A stretch of 64,000 nt of DNA from Basidiobolus meristosporus CBS 931.73 (GCA_002104905.1 MCFE01000102.1:1-64000); one strand, 5' to 3'. Shown: positions 22,521-34,397, numbered from the stretch's first letter. Made by a program: numbers and translations. The notes: generated from the sequence alone by a model not told the origin.

Positions 22521-23894
22521 TCACACTTGCGTGGGAGAGTCCCAGCTAAAGTGTCTGTAACGATTGCTCTGTAAAAACCTCGGAAAGGTGTTTCTAAACA
22601 TCAAATCCTTGATTTCCTCAATCGCTTCGTCGAACATATGTACATGGCAGACATTATCACCAAGTGTATCTTCTATGGCTTGGCGTGTTCTCCCCGTCAA
22701 GTTGATTGTGAGTGGTGACTCGTACGCAATGAATTTATCGAAAATATTCACAGCTTCCGATGTAATAGCGGCTTCTGACTGCCAAGCAGACTGGCGAAAT
22801 CTGAGGCAGCTCTCGTAGAACATGATGTTTTCGACAGAGAATTCTCGCGCGGCAAACATCTTGAATTGTTCCAGCAAAGCTGGGTTATTCAGTAAGATGT
22901 CGAAGGATTCTATGCAGAGGGTAAGGTCTTTGTTTCTGGAGGGTAAGGTGAGCAGCCGGAAGACGTTGCTACGTCCTTGGGCCACCATCACTGGCTTGAT
23001 AATCATCTGATACTGCATGGTGAGGAAATTGATGAAGCAAAGATTGACTAGTTGATTGTCGGGGTCAATCTGTTCGACAAACGACATGTTCAGGTAGAAA
23101 ATGAAAAAAGTGCTGATCACGCCGTTCACCACACATATAACAAGGAGTTCGGAGCGAATGCCATACGCATCAGTGGCATTTTTCAGGGTGACAATCAAGA
23201 TGAACATCAGAAAGGTATACACCATTGTGAACACTTGATGGGGTATCCACTCCCAACCATGGAAGCAGTCGGTCAAGCCCATGATGGGATATATAGCTGC
23301 GCGGGTGGTCCAACATTGAACGAAGACAAGAATTACAAAGTGGACGATCAACACGGCTCCTGTGGACCACCGCAAGAAGCGATTGCTGACGATCTTCTGG
23401 TTTCGCACGAACCAGTTTTCTTTTACCGGGGTTTTACTGACTTCGAAGATCTGCGCAGGTTGGTACTCGAGAGAGCATATCTCAGGGTCATTCGAGTGAT
23501 CGACGTGGGCGAGGTTTTTCGGCTTCGTGTTTAACTTCTGCTGGTTACGATTCTCTTGCACATTGAAGGCAGAAATCAACTTGGCTTCGCTTACTCGGTA
23601 CATGAATAGTAGTCGTAAAGAGCGAGTGATAATGGCACAATAGACAACTGCGCAGCAATACTGAGTAATCCAAAGGCTGACAAAACATGGCACTTCGTAA
23701 CAGCGTGACCATCGTATTATGAATAGCATGCCCATGATACACAACATTGCATTCACGTACAACGTGGTTAGCGGCGACCGATATTGGATGTAATCGCTGT
23801 TTCGTCGAATCCAAAATGCCCAGCTAATATAGATACAAAAGAAAAGCCAGAGTGGCCCAAATATACAAGCTAGGATTCCAGGGATATCTAACAT
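22521..23894 (-). CDS. 7TM receptor fused to a C-terminal RGS domain (GprK/AtRGS1-like architecture), 457 aa
   Basis: Seven hydrophobic segments, then an RGS box: FKMFAAREFSVENIMFY...LTINL...FDEAIEEIKDLMFRNTFPRFL. ATG at 23894. Confidence 0.88.
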   Translation of the reverse strand: MLDIPGILACIFGPLWLFFCIYISWAFWIRRNSDYIQYRSPLTTLYVNAMLCIMGMLFIIRWSRCYEVPCFVSLWITQYCCAVVYCAIITRSLRLLFMYRVSEAKLISAFNVQENRNQQKLNTKPKNLAHVDHSNDPEICSLEYQPAQIFEVSKTPVKENWFVRNQKIVSNRFLRWSTGAVLIVHFVILVFVQCWTTRAAIYPIMGLTDCFHGWEWIPHQVFTMVYTFLMFILIVTLKNATDAYGIRSELLVICVVNGVISTFFIFYLNMSFVEQIDPDNQLVNLCFINFLTMQYQMIIKPVMVAQGRSNVFRLLTLPSRNKDLTLCIESFDILLNNPALLEQFKMFAAREFSVENIMFYESCLRFRQSAWQSEAAITSEAVNIFDKFIAYESPLTINLTGRTRQAIEDTLGDNVCHVHMFDEAIEEIKDLMFRNTFPRFLQSNRYRHFSWDSPTQV

Positions 23895-25092
23895 CTTTTT
23901 TGAGCAGGCGCCCACGTATTAAGCCATGAAACAAAGTTGAGGTCGCGGCAAGAGAGAGACTACTTCCTTGACCTTCGTTTTTATAGGAACTGGTTCTGAG
24001 AAAGTGAGCCCATATTTGGTCATAGGAGTAGTTATCTGGATGAATTAAGAACTTGATATTGAATCCCGGTAAAGCAGTTTTCTTTTAGTAGGAAAGACCA
24101 TCGAATAATCTAAAATTCCGCTTGGAGCTTCTAACTTTATGAGTCAGTCCTCAAACATTTTTGAAGCTACCAACAAGAGGCTTGGGATAACCTATGGAGG
24201 CAACAAGGTGGTTGAACAACTCACGAAGCACACCATGATGCATGGCATTAGTAAGCGGGTGGTATTATGACTCCTTCAAGTCATGATGCCTGCACCCTTA
24301 CCTCCAGGATCAGCCCTCCCGGATAAACGTACATCAACGTAGAAGCATAATTAAGAAGCCAAGTGATCAAAAGCCTTCTAGAAAATCAAGCACCAATCAT
24401 CGGGGAGAGATAATTTGGAACTAGCTATATTTTGACGATTTCCTTTTTTGAAGGTCACCGGATTCACATTTCTCGTATCCGAAACTATTGTAGGAAGATC
24501 GATGTGTAAGAATGGAAAAACAAACACACACACATTTTCACGTGTAACGTGAAACGTCATGCATCAGCGGGTAACCTTAATTCAGCAAATATAAGAGTAA
24601 AGCATGGTTGATTGGGTGTAACAAAGGGATATGCTACCCGTCCACAGACCAGGTTTTGGATTCAGTGCCCTCTGACAAGGAAACCTGCATGAGCCAGGTT
24701 ATGAAACATGAATTCCAGACATACCTCGCACGTCCTTGAGCGCAACCTACAGATCCTTACTATATTGAAGTGTTTCTTCAACAGGCAACCAGTGTGCATG
24801 GTGGTTGAATCAGGCAAGTGAGTCGAAATAAAGTAAGATGAAACCCCAAAGATGGTCTTTATTGTGAGATAACCCAGTTGATTGTTATCATGATTTATCT
24901 ATTCCAGCAATGTAGATTGGTGATCTGAATATATTGGCCGAGTGGAAAATTTTACTTCACAATATGTGACAGTACATGCCATGTATTGATTAGTTTCAGA
25001 AATGTTCACAAGAGTATAAATGTTGAAGTAGCGGCGCTGATGACAAATCGCACAGCAGTTTAGCCTTGGTTCCTTCCTCTGACACAAGCACC

Positions 25093-25398
25093 ATGAAGTT
25101 TTATAGCGTTCTTGCTATCTTTGCATTATCTTCTGTCACCATTGAAGGTCAAATCTTCCGGCCCATTGTCAGTGTTGAAGGAACTGATGGTAGAACTTCC
25201 TTGCCCTTCCAAGATTTGGTACGCGACATTACAGGAACGTTCTTTTTGCCAAATGCTGTTGCCGATATTTTTTCTAAGCCGGTCATCTTCGCCGCTGCCA
25301 CCGCTGCTAATGTGTTGAAAACCGCCGGATGCTTGATTGGTTTCTGTCGCTACCGTAGCGGAAGCCAGAAAACAGTCGATCCACCCAAAAAACAGTGA
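25093..25398 (+). CDS. Secreted family member A: conserved QIFRP...GCxxGFC domain, no Gly-rich tail (101 aa)
   Basis: Signal peptide MKFYSVLAIFALSSVTIEG, then QIFRPIVSVEGTDGRTSLP...AATAANVLKTAGCLIGFC, homologous to members B-E. Confidence 0.8.
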   Translation: MKFYSVLAIFALSSVTIEGQIFRPIVSVEGTDGRTSLPFQDLVRDITGTFFLPNAVADIFSKPVIFAAATAANVLKTAGCLIGFCRYRSGSQKTVDPPKKQ

Positions 25399-25710
25399 GG
25401 TGATGTCTGGATCCACCAGTATGTAGTGACTTGGTTTAGTTAAAATAGGAATAAATGAGCTTGTTTCTATGACCTCCTCAAATATCTTATTGGCGAGACA
25501 ACCAGTGATTTGAAGTGATACGGAGCTATTTTAGAGTGTTCCAGTATTTATAGTATTCTGAAGTGTTTCTCTGCTTGTTATATTCTGTTTAACTTATCTC
25601 AAATTTCTTGTAGATTAATACAAAATTTTCTGATGATTGAATTGTAGTTCTGTTTATTCATTACTAGCGTTTCCTTGTTAAGCAACTACGAGATCCGTAG
25701 TCATTTCTAT

Positions 25711-26181
25711 TTACCATCCTCCCTGCCAGCCACCACCATTCCAGCCACCACCATTCCAGCTGCCACCATTCCAGTTGCCACCATTCCAGCCACCACCATT
25801 CCAGCCGCCACCATTCCAGCCACCACCACCGCCATTCACATACACGACGCGTGGTCTATTGTTACCATTGTTCCTGTTGTTGTTATTGTTATTGCTTCTT
25901 CTAGCTCTTTGGTTATCTCTACCACTGCGCAGGGCACAAGCACCAATGACGCAACCGGCCGTTTTCAGTACGTTAGCAGCAGCAGAAGCGGCACCAATGA
26001 TGGGTGCTGAAACTAGATCGGCAATAGGTCCAGGCAAGATATCCCTAGCAAGGTCATTGGCTGGAAGAGAGCTACGGCCATCGGTTCCTTGAACTCTGGT
26101 AATCGGTCTGAAGATCTGGCCATTTGTTCCAGTTAAGCTAATAGCCAAGGTTGCAACCAATCCTGCGCTGAAAAACTTCAT
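25711..26181 (-). CDS. Secreted family member B: conserved domain + Asn run + (GGGWN)n tail (156 aa)
   Basis: Signal peptide ending GTNG, conserved ~65-aa domain, RARR basic site, poly-N and seven GW-type repeats. Confidence 0.88.
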   Translation of the reverse strand: MKFFSAGLVATLAISLTGTNGQIFRPITRVQGTDGRSSLPANDLARDILPGPIADLVSAPIIGAASAAANVLKTAGCVIGACALRSGRDNQRARRSNNNNNNRNNGNNRPRVVYVNGGGGGWNGGGWNGGGWNGGNWNGGSWNGGGWNGGGWQGGW

Positions 26182-26493
26182 GACAAGGAACGCTAGTGAA
26201 ATAGGCCAAGGAGTAGAGGAGTTGTTGAACTACACTAATCCGCCATTGTCGAGAGCGCCCCAATATATATTCCAGCTACATGGACAGTTGAAACGAAGTC
26301 TCAGCAACAGACATTAAGTCGACCAATTGGTGGCAGTGCATAGCGTTATTCACGAAAGGGATGAAAACTCATCTGAAGCATCAACTGCGGAATTCTGTGG
26401 GTCAAATTCTGGCTTTTATTTTCTGTGTGTAAATAAAACATTTTTGCAGCTTGGCTCAAAGTATAGTGTGCATGAAATTCATCGCCTTTCTGG

Positions 26494-27058
26494 TTACCAG
26501 GCATCACCACCACCTTGCCAGTCACCACCGCCACTTTGCCAATCACCACCACCACCTTTGCCAATCACCACCTGCAGTCACCACCACCTTGCCAGTCACC
26601 ACCACCACCTTGCCAGTCACCGCCAGCCACTCTGCCAGTTGTTACCTTGCCAGCCACCACCACCACCTCTGCCAGTTGTTACCTTGCCAGCCACCACCAC
26701 CGCCATTTACGTATACGACACGTGGTCTATTGTTTCCACTGTTTCCATTGTTGTTGTTGTTGTTGTTATTGCTAGGTTTTGGTGCCGCCCCACCACCGCT
26801 GCGTAGAGCGCAGAAACCGATGACACATCCAGCAGTTTTGAGCACGTTAGCTGCAACAGAAGCAGCACCAATGATGGGTGCTGAAACTAGATCGGCAATA
26901 GGTCCAGGCAAGATATCCCTAGCAAGGTCATTGGCTGGAAGGTTGCTACGGCCATCGGTTCCTTGCACTTTGGAAATTGGTCTAAAGATCTGGCCATTTG
27001 TACCGGTCAGACTAGCAACCAAAGCGACAATCATCAATTCAGAATTGAGCAGCTTCAT
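26494..27058 (-). pseudogene. Secreted family member C: intact N-terminal domain, tail disrupted by several 1-bp indels (real pseudogene or assembly error)
   Basis: Frame shifts at CAG-A-GGT (~26670) and at several more points in the GGx-GAC-TGG-CAA repeats. A paralog-like terminal DAW* stop lies at 26494-26496. Confidence 0.7.
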
Positions 27059-27339
27059 TCTAGAATAGTGCTAAGGACGGCTGGTGGGCTGGGCAGAGAT
27101 AGAGAGGAGTTGTAGAACTGCACTAATTCACACTCACCAACGCGCAGCAATTTATATCTTGCATCGGTGGGAAGATGAAACGAAATCTTCATCGACATGT
27201 CATGGGGATCGATGGTTGTTTAGGAGTGGTAGTGCCTACAACATGATACAAACAATACCAGCCGGAGACTAAACTGTCACGCTAAAATCGCTTCATCAGA
27301 TAGGTTTTAGACTGATGTCGACAGTGTGGATGTTTTCAA

Positions 27340-29200
27340 GAATAGTACCCGAGTATTTCTAGAGCCACGCTTCCAGTCACCCATGTATATCTATATCTTC
27401 TATGTATTCCTCGTGTCGATTTGGAAATCAGAATACAACACATACCAGGCTTGCATTCTTGGGCATCTTCTAAATACTGAATATCTCACTTCTAAATCCA
27501 TATCACCCAGCCCTGCAGTATATTGTCTATTTCCAGAATCACGGTCACTGTTACTACTGACCCTTTGACTATAATAGTAGGGGGCAGTAGAAGTAACGCC
27601 AGGGGTTACGCATGAATGCGATACGAGCCAAGTTGCTGTTTTGTAAATAACTTCTATGGACTGATCGACGACCTAATGAGTCGAATAGTTATCCAAGCGA
27701 TACCTGCCAATATCCTAGAATAGTACTAAAGAAGGCAGGAGGCGATAAGGAGGAGGATTTGCAGACCTGACCAATTCTCATGGTCAACTTTAGTCCAATC
27801 ATCAATCCATTAAAGTCACTTCATGCCAAATTTGGATGGTGCAGGTTGATAATTCAGTTGATATGGTAAGAAACCGTTGGAAAAATTGGCATTACAAGTT
27901 CACCATACACTTGGTAGGAACAGTGGCTTAGCTATGGATATGAATGACAATCTCTAGATTCCCAGAGTTCTAGTTCAAAATCGGTTTATCGCATGAAATC
28001 GAACTTCCCTGATTACCAGGTTACACCACCATCACACCTTGCCATCCACCGCCGTTTGCGAACACGACATGTGACCTGTTATTGCCACTGATCCCGTTTT
28101 TATTATTGTTGTTACTATTGGCTTTCGGACCACCATTATTACGCAGAGCACAGAAACCAACAACACATCCCGCGGTTTGAATCACGTTAGCTGGAACAGA
28201 AGCGGCACCAGTGATAAGCATTGAAATTAGGTCGGCAATCTATGCAAGGAAAAGGCTCCTAGCCAGGTCATTACCTGAAAGGTTACTATGACCCTGACCC
28301 TCGGCTCCTTCCACTTTAGTAATTAGTCTGAAGATCTGACCATTTGTGCCAGTCAGACTAACAACCAAAGCGGCAATAACCAATTTGGAATTGAGCGATT
28401 GCATTCTAGAATCGTGCTCACAGCATGATGTAAATAGGATTAGCTGGAGATAACGCTGCCGCACTACAATTACAGAGTGCGCCAGGCAGGTTTCAGAGTA
28501 ATGGTGACAGTATGGATGGCTCCTCTGGAGCCAGACTTTTGGCCATCCATATATATCTATATCTTCCGCATATTCTACATGTCGATTTGGAAATCAGAAT
28601 GCAACGCATGTCAGATTTGCATTCTTGGGCATCTTTCCTCAATACCGAATATTCTCACCTTCCAAATCCATATCACCCAGTCCTAAAATATGTGTCTGTT
28701 TCAAATATCACTGTCACTGTCACTGTCACTACTGACCTTTTGGCTACTATAGTAGGAGACGGTAGACGTAGCAGCAGGGGTTGTGCATAAAAGCGATAAG
28801 AACCAAGTGACTGCTTTGTACATAGCTGGGCTGGAAGTCAAGCAGTTATCGACGTGATACCTGTCAATTTCTAGAATAGTACCAAGGAAGGCAAGAAGCG
28901 ATAAGGGAGAAGACTTGCATACCCGAACCAAGGAAGGCAAGAAGCGATTTGCAGACTACATTAATCCCTTGGGGTCAGTATATGATCTCCATGATGCTTG
29001 TAGATAATTCATCTATGAAATGCTTTGAAACCATTGGTATTGCAAGTTCACCATATACTTGGTAGGAGCAAAAATCTGGTGGTGGCTTAGCTATGGATAG
29101 CAATGATAATCTGAAGATTTTCAGGACTCTATTTCAAAATCAGTTTATTGGATGAAATCATGCAGCCGATTGGGCTCAAACTTCTAGTATATTCTGTTTA
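27340..29200. repeat. Tandem segmental duplication units (~1.2 kb) carrying members D and E with their flanks
   Basis: 27370-27520 matches 28530-28680 (TATATCTATATCTTC...GTCGATTTGGAAATCAGAAT...CCATATCACCCAG). 27890-28000 matches 29040-29160 (CAAGTTCACCATA.ACTTGGTAGG...GGCTTAGCTATGGATA). Confidence 0.75.
28021..28404 (-). pseudogene. Secreted family member D: premature TAG, diverged, truncated tail
   Basis: MQSLNSKLVIAALVVSLTGTNGQIFRL...SLFLA*IADLISMLITGAASVPANVIQTAGCVVGFC. The in-frame stop at 28240-28242 replaces the PGP of the paralogs. Confidence 0.8.
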
Positions 29201-29770
29201 CCAAGTACCACCTCCATCACCACCTTCTGAATCCATACCACCTTGCCACCCGTCGCCACCACCCTGCCAGTTATTCCCCTGCCACCCACCATCGCCACCA
29301 CCCTGCCAGTTATTCCCCTGCCATCCACCATCGCCACCACCCTGCCAGTTATTCCCCTGCCACCCACCACCACCCTGCCAGTTGCCTCCTTGCCATCCGC
29401 CGCCATTGCCTCTGCTGTTCGCGAACACGATGCGTGGTCGGTTATTGCCACTGTTCCTATTATTGTTATTATTGTTGTTGTTGCTAGGCTTTGGTGCCTG
29501 TCCACCACCGCTGCGTAGAGCGCAGAAACCGATGACACATCCAGCAGTTTTGAGCACGTTAGCGGCAGCAGAAGCGGCACCAATGATGGGTGCTGAAACT
29601 AGATCGGCAATAGGTCCAGGCAAGATATCCCTAGCAAGGTCATTGGCTGGAAGAGAGCTACGGCCATCGGTTCCTTGAACTCTGGTAATTGGCCTGAAAA
29701 TCTGGCCGTTTGTACCGGACATACTAACAGCCAAAGTCGCAATGATCACTACAGAGCTGATGAACTTCAT
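29198..29770 (-). CDS. Secreted family member E: conserved domain + Asn run + (GGWQGNNWQGGGD)n tail (190 aa)
   Basis: Signal peptide MKFISSVVIIATLAVSMSGTNG. The domain is nearly identical to member B, while the tail repeats differ. Confidence 0.88.
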   Translation of the reverse strand: MKFISSVVIIATLAVSMSGTNGQIFRPITRVQGTDGRSSLPANDLARDILPGPIADLVSAPIIGAASAAANVLKTAGCVIGFCALRSGGGQAPKPSNNNNNNNNRNSGNNRPRIVFANSRGNGGGWQGGNWQGGGGWQGNNWQGGGDGGWQGNNWQGGGDGGWQGNNWQGGGDGWQGGMDSEGGDGGGTW

Positions 29771-30113
29771 TGGGAGGTCGATTGAGCAGACAAGGGAAGA
29801 GGAGCCTCTATACTACACCAACTTACTCCGATCGATTGATTGTACCTTTTATATTCTTGCTTCTGTAACATATGATTGCAATCGTGCCGCTGCTGTAACG
29901 GTCATCGTCACCTTCATCGCCATCATCATCGCATTGGAAACTCTGCAGCAGCTTGATATATGACCTCATAGATGGGTCATGGTGGAAGATGTTTATTGAA
30001 ATATTGGTCTATGGATTTTTGGTGGTTACAGTCGAGGCATTAATATTAAGGGAATTTACGATCGATAAAAGTGTCCATGGTGATGATGATTTGGTGATTC
30101 GGGTTTCACTCAT

Positions 30114-33100
30114 TTACAGCTTGAACTTGATGCGGTTGCGACGAGCCTTAGAAGGATACTTATTCTTGATCCATCTGCCAAGAGGTCCCAGGACGACAAA
30201 GTATTCAACGAGGATGTTGACAAGGCAGTTGATCATGCAGTAGATGAACAGAATCCATCTGAACTTGTGGGGCATGACGTTATGTCCTATGGCGCTGTTG
30301 TAATCCTCGATATACCATGATGGCCTAGGATAACCTTGCTCCACCAGAATATCGGGCGTACCACAGTTGATACGGAACAGACAGCCCATGCGATTGGGAT
30401 CCGCCAAGGCGAGGACACTGACGAACACCATCATACCAGTGTACATCACAGCTAGGATGTAGTTTCTCCACCACGATTGTCTGAACTTGTAACCGAAGTT
30501 GAACACAGCAGCTGCGTGGATGAACTGGTACAAGCATACGATCGCAATCAACTCGGCTTCGAAACTGTCGGCCAACAACCACCATCTCGCTGCATCTGCA
30601 CTGGCTCCATCAAACTCACTACACACGAACCATTCCTGTCTGAAGAGCATCCCTATCGCACCAATGAAGAAGAAAAGGTTCACGAACACCTGTGATATGG
30701 CCGAGGTCAGGGTAGCAGGTCCCAGGAGTCTGGCAGTTGGTCTTTCAGGTGCCAATTTGGCGGCTGGCTTGGCCAGGGTGAGAGCCCACGCCAACCCAAC
30801 TGTAACGAAACTGTCAATCACCACCCAAATCCACTGCTGTACAACCACCGTGAAGTAGTACTGCATGAGTTCCAAGAAGGCCATGGTTTCACCATACAAG
30901 ATCAAAAACTTGAATACCGCAAAGGATGTGGCCAACGCGGTACGACCCTGCTTTAACAGCTCGACACAGGAGTAGATGGAGCGGATGCTGGTGCTGAAAG
31001 GTGATACAATGGATGCCTCTGCTTCGCTAAGAGCGATTCCTACATGGGCGGCTCTGAGGGCACCGCAATCGTTACCACCATCGCCACACATGCCGACTAC
31101 GGCGCGCTCCATGTGAAGCTGGACGCACTGTACCTTGCCATCGGGGGTCATTCTGGCGAACACACGAATGTTCAACAGGTATTTGCGGATACTGCCATTT
31201 CTGACTAATTCATCGAACGCCTTGGCAGTCACCGCCAACTCAATCTCATTGGGGTGTGATGCCAGGGTTTGATCCACATCCACATACTCGGATGAATCGA
31301 AATCCATCCACACAAGCTTCGAATCAGCACTGACATCACCCAGTAAGACACGTGTGCCAGTAGGCATCATGCCACATGCTCTAGCAATGTAAATCCCGGT
31401 GAGCGCATTGTCCCCGGTGATCATTACGGTGCGGGTGTCACCGCCCTTTAATTCGGCAATGGCTGCGGTGGTATCCTCCTTGAGCTTGTTCTTGAACAGA
31501 ATCAGTCCGGCGAAATCAGCATTGCTCTCCATCTGCTCACGGGACCATCCTTTGACGGTGTTGATGTCGACAGGGCCCAAATCACGATGGGCAAGGGCCA
31601 GAACATAGCAACCTTCTCTGGCGTAGGAGGCGGTGACGGTATTGAAGTCGTGAGGAATGCTGGCAGGAGAGGAGAGCTCCTTGATCTTCTCGAAGGATCC
31701 CTTGATGAACACATGCACATGACCGGTGGAGGAATCCAGCACTGCGACGGACATGGACGCTCTGGCATGGACGAACTCGAAGCGCTTGATGACATGGACA
31801 GGTTTCACCTCTGGTGCGTAGCTGGGCACCAATGAGTCGAGATAATCTGCGTTGTCAGCCTCAATCAGATTCCATTTGGTGGCTCTGAACATTTCAATGT
31901 CCACAGGGTTACCGATGAACTGGCCGTTCACCTGGGTGACAGCATGGCAAGTAGCAATCCCCATTTGGATGTTCACTGGGATAGCGGGGACAGACTCCTC
32001 GCGCTTCCTCGAAGTGATAGGATTCATCCTCGGCAGGCTTCACCGTAGATACTCCATAATAGTCGAGACCCTCCTTGGTCAAGGTTCCTGTCTTGTCGAA
32101 GCAGAAGATCTGGACTTTGCCGGCAATCATGATACGAGGGAGGTCGACGCAATAAATGTGCTTGGATCGCAATCTACCAGCAGCGATGGATTGGCCCACC
32201 ACAAGGGCGGCTGGAAGAAGGGGACTCATGATCTGAGAGATGATGAAGATACCATAGAACCAGGAGACAATGTCGCCACGACCCATCAGCCACAACGAAA
32301 GTCCAAAAGCGATCACTCCCCAAATCAGCAGGATGATGACGACAATCTTCAGCTGCTCATCGAAAATGAACGACACTGGTGAGGGGAACAAAATCTTGTG
32401 GACCATATTGCCCTTGTCAGTGGCGGTACCTGTAGCGGCCACGATAGCCTTCACCTTTCCGTCCGATGTGCTGGGGGTGACCTGGAGAACGGTGGTTCCG
32501 CAGAAGAGGGTACTGCTTTTACTGGAGGCGGGGTCGTAGATTCCTTCATCGTTCTTGATGGGGAACTTACGGACGGGCATTGCCTCACCAGTCAACGAAC
32601 TCTCGTCTACGATCACTTCCCCTGAGAGAACAATCGCGTCGCATGGTACGCAATGATCTGCCTGGATTTGGAACACATCGCCAGTTACAAGATCAGTGGT
32701 AGACACTGTCAACCAGTTCCCGTCTCTCAAAACGACACAATCCTCTTTGAACTCGGCCAAGCTCTTGACTTGTGTTCAGACTTGAGTCTGAGGATGACCT
32801 TGATGATGGCCGAGATAATGATCACCGCAGTCTGCACCAGACCCATGTAGTAGTAGTTGAAGTAGTACCAAACCCAGAGGCACATCATCTGGTACAAATA
32901 AAAGTAGGCACCAAACCTAAGCACGAACAAGCGTGAATACATGGTCAATCCACAAAGGAAAAACGCCCACTTACTCTTGAATGACCGCGACAAAGAACGA
33001 TGGGACATAGACGCTGATGAAGTTGGGGCCTAGGAGCTCCAAACGGTAACTTGCTTCTTCCTTGGTTAGTCCGTGGGAATGCTTGTGGAGCTGCTCATTG

Positions 33101-34397
33101 GTGTGGGCCAGGTAGAATACGAATGGCTCGAAGGAGTCGTTCTCGGGGTTGTATACGTAACGGGTGCATTGGAACTCGAAGTACTTTCTCTTCTTCTCGG
33201 TGTACATGACCTTGGAAGTGGAGATCAGATAGTCCCCTCCGAAATAACGAGTGAACAGCTCTTCGCCTTGGCGCAATTTACGCAGCAATAGACTGTTATC
33301 ATCCAAAAGGATCATTGGGTCCTTCTTCTTCTTCACCTGGATGAAGTCACCGTTCTTGACCAGTGACTGGATTCGGAAGTAGTTACGAATGCTGGAGCTA
33401 TAAAGATACAAGACAACCAGCCAGAGAGTGGTGATATGCCAAATGACACAGAAAATCTTGGAGGAGAGATCGGTGGTTAGGAAAATCCCGAAGGGGACTC
33501 CGTTAACAGCGCCATAATAATCGGCAACAATGATGCCCAGGGTTATAAGCCAGCCGATGGCAATAATATAGGCGTAGGCCATGACAGCGGTGCCAAAGTA
33601 GTTGTTGGTATACCCTTCGAAGTAAAGCTCCTCCGATTCGTGGTGGGTTATCTCCTCCTTCTCCTTGAGCTCGCTCTTGGAGGCAGAGTTCAATTGCATC
33701 TTAACCGACTATACAATACAACGTTAGGTTGGGTCTGCAAGCAAGCCTCTAGGTCAGGACGTACCTTTTCCGCCGCTGTCTTGTACATATGCCAGGCAGC
33801 AAGCAATAAAAGCTCAGCGCCGACAATGGCGTAGATGGAGATGAACATTGGCTCAGTGTAGGTGAAGAATGGCAATGGAGCCACCGGGCACCTCAGCCAC
33901 ATATTGTCCTTCGCTTCGGCGCTCATCAAGGGGTAGTTTGAGGCCAGGTCTTTGTTGCAAGCGTCGGCCGTCATGGCCTCGCGCTCGCTGCCATTAAAGC
34001 TTGGGATATTTACAAGCTGCCCGGACATGCAAGGGAATAATGTTTGACTGGAAACACCACAGTCGCACACGTTGGCAATGGCGTCGCAGGAAGGGTGACA
34101 AGCACCATCGGCGCAGAACGTCTGTCCTGCAGGGCAGGCAGGTTTGAGTTTTTGAGGACAGTTTGCGACGTTGCTCACGCAGAGTACAGGACAGGCTACG
34201 TTACGAGCCGTGTGTAACTTGCAAGTGTGCCCGGACAAATCGTAGTCATTTGCTAAGTGGCAAAAGGGATAGGTTTAAGCGGAGGGAGCAAGAACGGATC
34301 AGCTAGAGAGAAACATACCTGTGTTGAACACCGGAATCGCCGTGGTGATGGTTAGGCAAACGCCGAAGAAGATGAAGAGTTGTTGCCACAATCTCAT
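30114..34397 (-). CDS. P5-type (P5B/ATP13A-like) P-type ATPase with signal peptide and Cys-rich N-terminal ectodomain; 4 exons; two apparent 1-bp frameshifts (~32770, ~32007)
   Basis: DESSLTGE, SPLLPAAL, CFDKTGTLT, TGDNALTG and MCGDGGNDCGAL motifs. Exon 1 MRLWQQLFIFFGVCLTITTA and GT-AG introns at ~34318-34254, 33764-33709 and ~32974-32920 restore one reading frame. Confidence 0.88.

Noticed and set aside
25711-29770. GW/WG repeats as Argonaute-binding hooks
   Set aside because: All members carry signal peptides, so they would not meet cytosolic or nuclear Argonaute.
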